From assembly GCA_020536535.1 (NCBI GenBank), contig JAHLWZ010000824.1, positions 1-64,000 of the forward strand: DNA of 64,000 nt, in the 5' to 3' direction. The stretch comes from Pelomyxa schiedti (taxonomy: Eukaryota > Protista > Evosea). Below the pieces are notes generated by a model. The model worked only from the letters and a program-made list of their open reading frames with translations. It was not told the origin of the DNA and made no database searches. A program made the translations under genes and the position numbers. This document shows, piece after piece, positions 60,431 through 64,000 of this stretch. How positions within the stretch are numbered: the stretch's first letter is position 1; each line of letters begins with the position of its first letter.

Positions 60431-60576
60431 TCGTCCTCGTGGTTTTTTTTTCCTTCTTTTTCCTTGCTGTTGTTCTTCCAAAAGGGTTTTCAGATCCCAC
60501 CCTTCTGAGAAGGTGACCCGCAAAACGCACACAAACGGAACACCAAACCAACAAACAAAAAAACTGATCAAAAGTG

Positions 60577-62790
60577 ATGGGAGACACAGGCTCGTCTTCG
60601 TCTTCATCTTCAACTTCGACTGCTGCGGCGTCGGTCCCTGCGACGCCTGCGACGTCCTCGTCGGTGGCCGACGTGTTGGAGTCGGCGCGGAGGGGGTTCA
60701 ACCCGAGGTCGGCGTTCGCGAATATTCCCAAGAGGGCCGTGATGGTGCCCCCGGTGCCAAAGGGCGTGAAGCAGATCAAGAAATGCATGTCGAATGATGT
60801 TGTAGTTTTATCTGACTGCGATGGCGCCCAATTCCACATTATGCACAATCAGGTTTTTTTTTTTTTCCCCTCTCCCTTCTTCATCTTCTACCTGGGCTCC
60901 TTTCTATTGTGGGATGGAACCTTATATTGCAGAGGTTATCTATGATCATGTGCTGTGGATTGAGGAACTGCAAAGTTGTGGTTCTTGATAGCGCCGTCGT
61001 GGCATCGAGAACTTGTAGAATTGTAATGTGTGACAACTGCGAATTTGTATTTGAGGATGTGGATGTGAGAAAGGTTGTGCTTCTCTCACCCTTCTCCAAG
61101 TCACTATTTTGTAGGTAGAATGTTTTAAAACAACAAATTGTCGCGTTGTTTTCATTGGTGATGAAGCTGTGCTTGAAAATGCACGTGTACTATGGCGCGA
61201 AGCTTGCACAGGAAACACGGTGACTCGTGGAGAAATTGTAAATGATGAAGGATCCCCATACCTCGAGGTACAGTCACAATACACAAGCACTTATCATAAC
61301 TTCCATTCTACTACCCTAGTATCGACCTCTCTACTCCGTTCCTGCCACTGATACTTCTGCTACAAAACATTACTGTACTACCCTGAACCCAGTCCAGTTC
61401 TTCCACAATGTAAAGACAGCAGCCATTTTGCCAGGTATTTTACAACTACCAATATATGTTCAAACACAAAGGGAGGTTCCGAGTCACTTCAAGTTACAAC
61501 TGATGGCGTCTCTATTTGTACTGCATTATTTCCCTTCACACTACCTACACTCCCTGGCGACGAATTACTTAATTCTGCAAAATCAATCCCCAGTTCCACT
61601 GATGTTATGTCTGTACGCTTCACACAACACAACATACGATAATTAATAGGCAAGTAAAAAGGCTCTTGCAGCTCTTCAGGGCACACCTTTTCCTCTGTCT
61701 GAGGCTGATCTCACTGCTGCTTACGATCTTGAAAGAGTGGAATATGAAGATCCTGAGCCAGTTCTTATCGAAAAGGCATCATTTCTCCATTTGATTCCTC
61801 ATGGTCACACTCTTTAGGTTAAGGAAATTGCTGCTATTATCAAGACAGCCAAGCATGTGGTAGTATATACTGGTGCAGGAATCAGTACCTCGAGTGGGAT
61901 ACCAGACTTCCGCGGACCTCAAGTCAGTAGATGTACGTGCTCATTCCCCGCACCTATTTGGTAAATTAGGGTTGCTGGACAATGCGCGATAAAGGCAAGC
62001 GCGCTGGTGGAAAGAGTTTGACTGGCGCGACTCCTACACTAGCTCATTATGCCTTGACGGAACTTGCGCGCCGCTTGATGGTTCATTTTATTGTAACGAC
62101 CAACATGGATGGTAGGCACCCACCACTAAAATGGGATGTTTAACGCTGCGCAGCCCTCCACCTACGGAGTGGATTTCCTCCCAATCTGTTAGTTGAGATG
62201 CATGGTTGTTCTCACAAGGAGTTTTGTGAAGGGTGCCACCAATTTTACATGCGTTCGTTCAATGTAAACTCCCACAGGATGGACCACATAACTGGTTTCC
62301 TTGTCATCTCTATTATTTATTTTAACATTATGTGGAATGCAGAACGGAAATGCAAATTCTGTGGAAGCAACTTACTGGACACAATAGTCAATTTTTCGTA
62401 AACCGCTATCCATACAATCAATATGCAAACAAATGAAAAAGAGACACCTACCGTACGCCCCTCGATCCCATCACAGCATTGCTTCACGCCAGGAAAGCTG
62501 ACGTGGCAATTGTAATGGGCACATCAATGAATGTACAAGGAGCAGCCAGTTACCCTGACAAAGCTCTGCAAAAAACGAATGGAAAGCTTATAATTATCAA
62601 CCTTCAGGTTACTCCTCACCCACACACAATCACACCAGAATCTCACTTCACACAGAATACACCCTATGACCACGTGGCTTCTGTCCGTGTATTTGCTCGT
62701 ACGGACCGCTTCATGCAGTACCTCATGTCGCAACTGGGAATCACTGAATTTGATATGACCACTGATGTTGTATCTACTTGGTCTCACTAA
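60577..62790 (+). CDS. Class IV sirtuin (SIRT6/SIRT7-like) with an N-terminal beta-helix-like extension
   Basis: [81 protein letters not shown] and IINLQ.TPYD. Confidence 0.92.
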
Positions 62791-62883
62791 AGTGGCCATC
62801 CGATCTCTCTTATCCCGATTTTTAAAATCATGTGAATTCCTTTTTGAATATTTTTTTCGGCTTTCGTAAATTGATGAGCCGGA

Positions 62884-63438
62884 GTGTGGACGTTCCCGTT
62901 TGCACGCTCAAAGAAATCCCGCGTTGGATTGTGGCCAACAAGCCCGTCACTTTTTCACTCCAAGTACTGCTGCGTTGTTGCCTATCAATCATTTTGTTCT
63001 AAACCAGCCATCTCCCACAAGTTGAGAGATTCCGCCGGCGAGCCTGTCTACGTGGACACCGGCACTCTCAGCGACTCCGCCGCCCCCGTGGCCAACGCAA
63101 TCCGCTGGCGCATCCAAGTTGGACTCGGCCCCGACGAAGCGGCGTACCAGCTCGAATCTGGCCAGAATCCAAACGCCAATAGATCAAAGCCCAGTCCTTT
63201 GAAAGTCAGATGTGAATGGATTGGGAATGGCGGCAAAACCAACACGATGAGGCTGCAGTTGCAGCACAACAGCCACGTCACTAGAGTAGTGAGAGTGTCA
63301 ATTCAGGGATGTGTGGAATCGAGCATGTTCAATCGTTGGCATAATATCCGGGGTTCTCCTTTTACGGTAACTTTGATTCAAAGGCAGTCTTTGGTGAGCT
63401 CTTGTGGATGGCACCACGTTGCACAAAATGGTACGTGA
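62884..63438 (+). other. Possible filamin/Ig-like coding segment, perhaps a 5' part of the downstream RCC1 gene
   Basis: Long open frame containing HNIRGSPFTVTL, resembling the filamin HIxGSPFxV motif. No ATG start. Confidence 0.35.
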
Positions 63439-63582
63439 CTAATATCTGCCATAACTGGGTGTAGATAGAAATACATTTATGAATTGTTATTATTTAGAAA
63501 CCTGAACCTAATTCACATTTATATGGGATACTACTGACTTCGTAGAAAGTGTGTATGGAATCCATGTAATTTTATTTGGGCA

Positions 63583-64000
63583 GACTTTGGGGAACTAATA
63601 GCATGGGGGAGCAATGCACATGCGCAACTTGGCTTGGGCGATTGCCGTGACAGGCGCACCCCGGCGGTGATTCCATCCTTGAGCAAAATGAATGTAACTT
63701 CCCTCAGCTGTGGCTATGAACACACCGTGGCAGTCTTGGGTATGTTGGCAACACCCGCTATTTTGGCTCATACCTTCCTTTCAAGACACTGGTTGCATTT
63801 TTTCTTGGGGATCCAACCTTAGTGGTCAGTTGGGAGTTGGTGCACACACTAAGAGGGAGCAAGTCCCCACAGAGATTACTGATTTAAAACCTAAGCATAT
63901 TGTCAGTGCTTCCTGTGGCGCATATCACACTGTTGCATTATCAGGTACTAACACATCATGGCCAATCCCCTTTTTTTCCCACTTGATTTACAGAGTCCGG
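63583..64000 (+). CDS. RCC1-repeat protein (partial, runs off the window)
   Basis: AWGSNAHAQLGLGD..TP..LSCGYEHTVAV and FSWGSNLSGQLGVG..ASCGAYHTVAL. Confidence 0.85.

Noticed and set aside
16797-62886. GCCGGAGTGT seen three times in intergenic DNA (~16797, ~40210, ~62878) as a possible promoter motif
   Set aside because: Some 10-mers are expected three times by chance in 64 kb, and the spacing to start codons is inconsistent.
1-64000. tRNA, rRNA, transposase, reverse transcriptase or recombinase genes
   Set aside because: None recognised by eye; a tRNAscan, Infernal or HMM scan would be needed to exclude divergent ones.

Overview
Gene-dense eukaryotic (protist, amoebozoan-like; style recalls Archamoebae such as Pelomyxa, unverified) nuclear DNA with about 28 genes or gene remnants. 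Most are split by many short (about 42-60 nt) GT-AG introns, so the six-frame ORFs are mostly exon fragments. Recognisable products: PBZ+PARG-like protein, decayed PPP phosphatase, twinfilin-like protein, longin-VIT-vWA-R-SNARE chimera, GH25 lysozyme, tandem F-box paralogues, HSPA12-vWA remnant, RCC1-F-box-Arf remnant, ankyrin-kinase, SH2 protein, C2 protein, RING ligase, nitrilase, Zn-PLC/S1-P1-like protein, expansin, SCI1-like protein, DUF2961/GH172, RUN-RUN-Rubicon-homology protein, class IV sirtuin and an RCC1 protein. Main highlights: (1) an 8.5 kb block of intron-containing genes and gene fragments (17876-26402) splits an F-box gene and is bounded by nested target-site-duplication-like direct repeats (GTGCAC; CATGTGCACC), with no transposase; (2) four dispersed single-exon paralogues of an uncharacterised 'Q..AL....HPRCG' family, plus a fifth gene carrying only the motif; (3) a VAMP7-like longin and R-SNARE motif interleaved with a VIT-vWA protein; (4) two families of small inverted-repeat elements, one with a compensatory base-pair change. 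Exon boundaries were read by eye and are approximate. No database searches were run.
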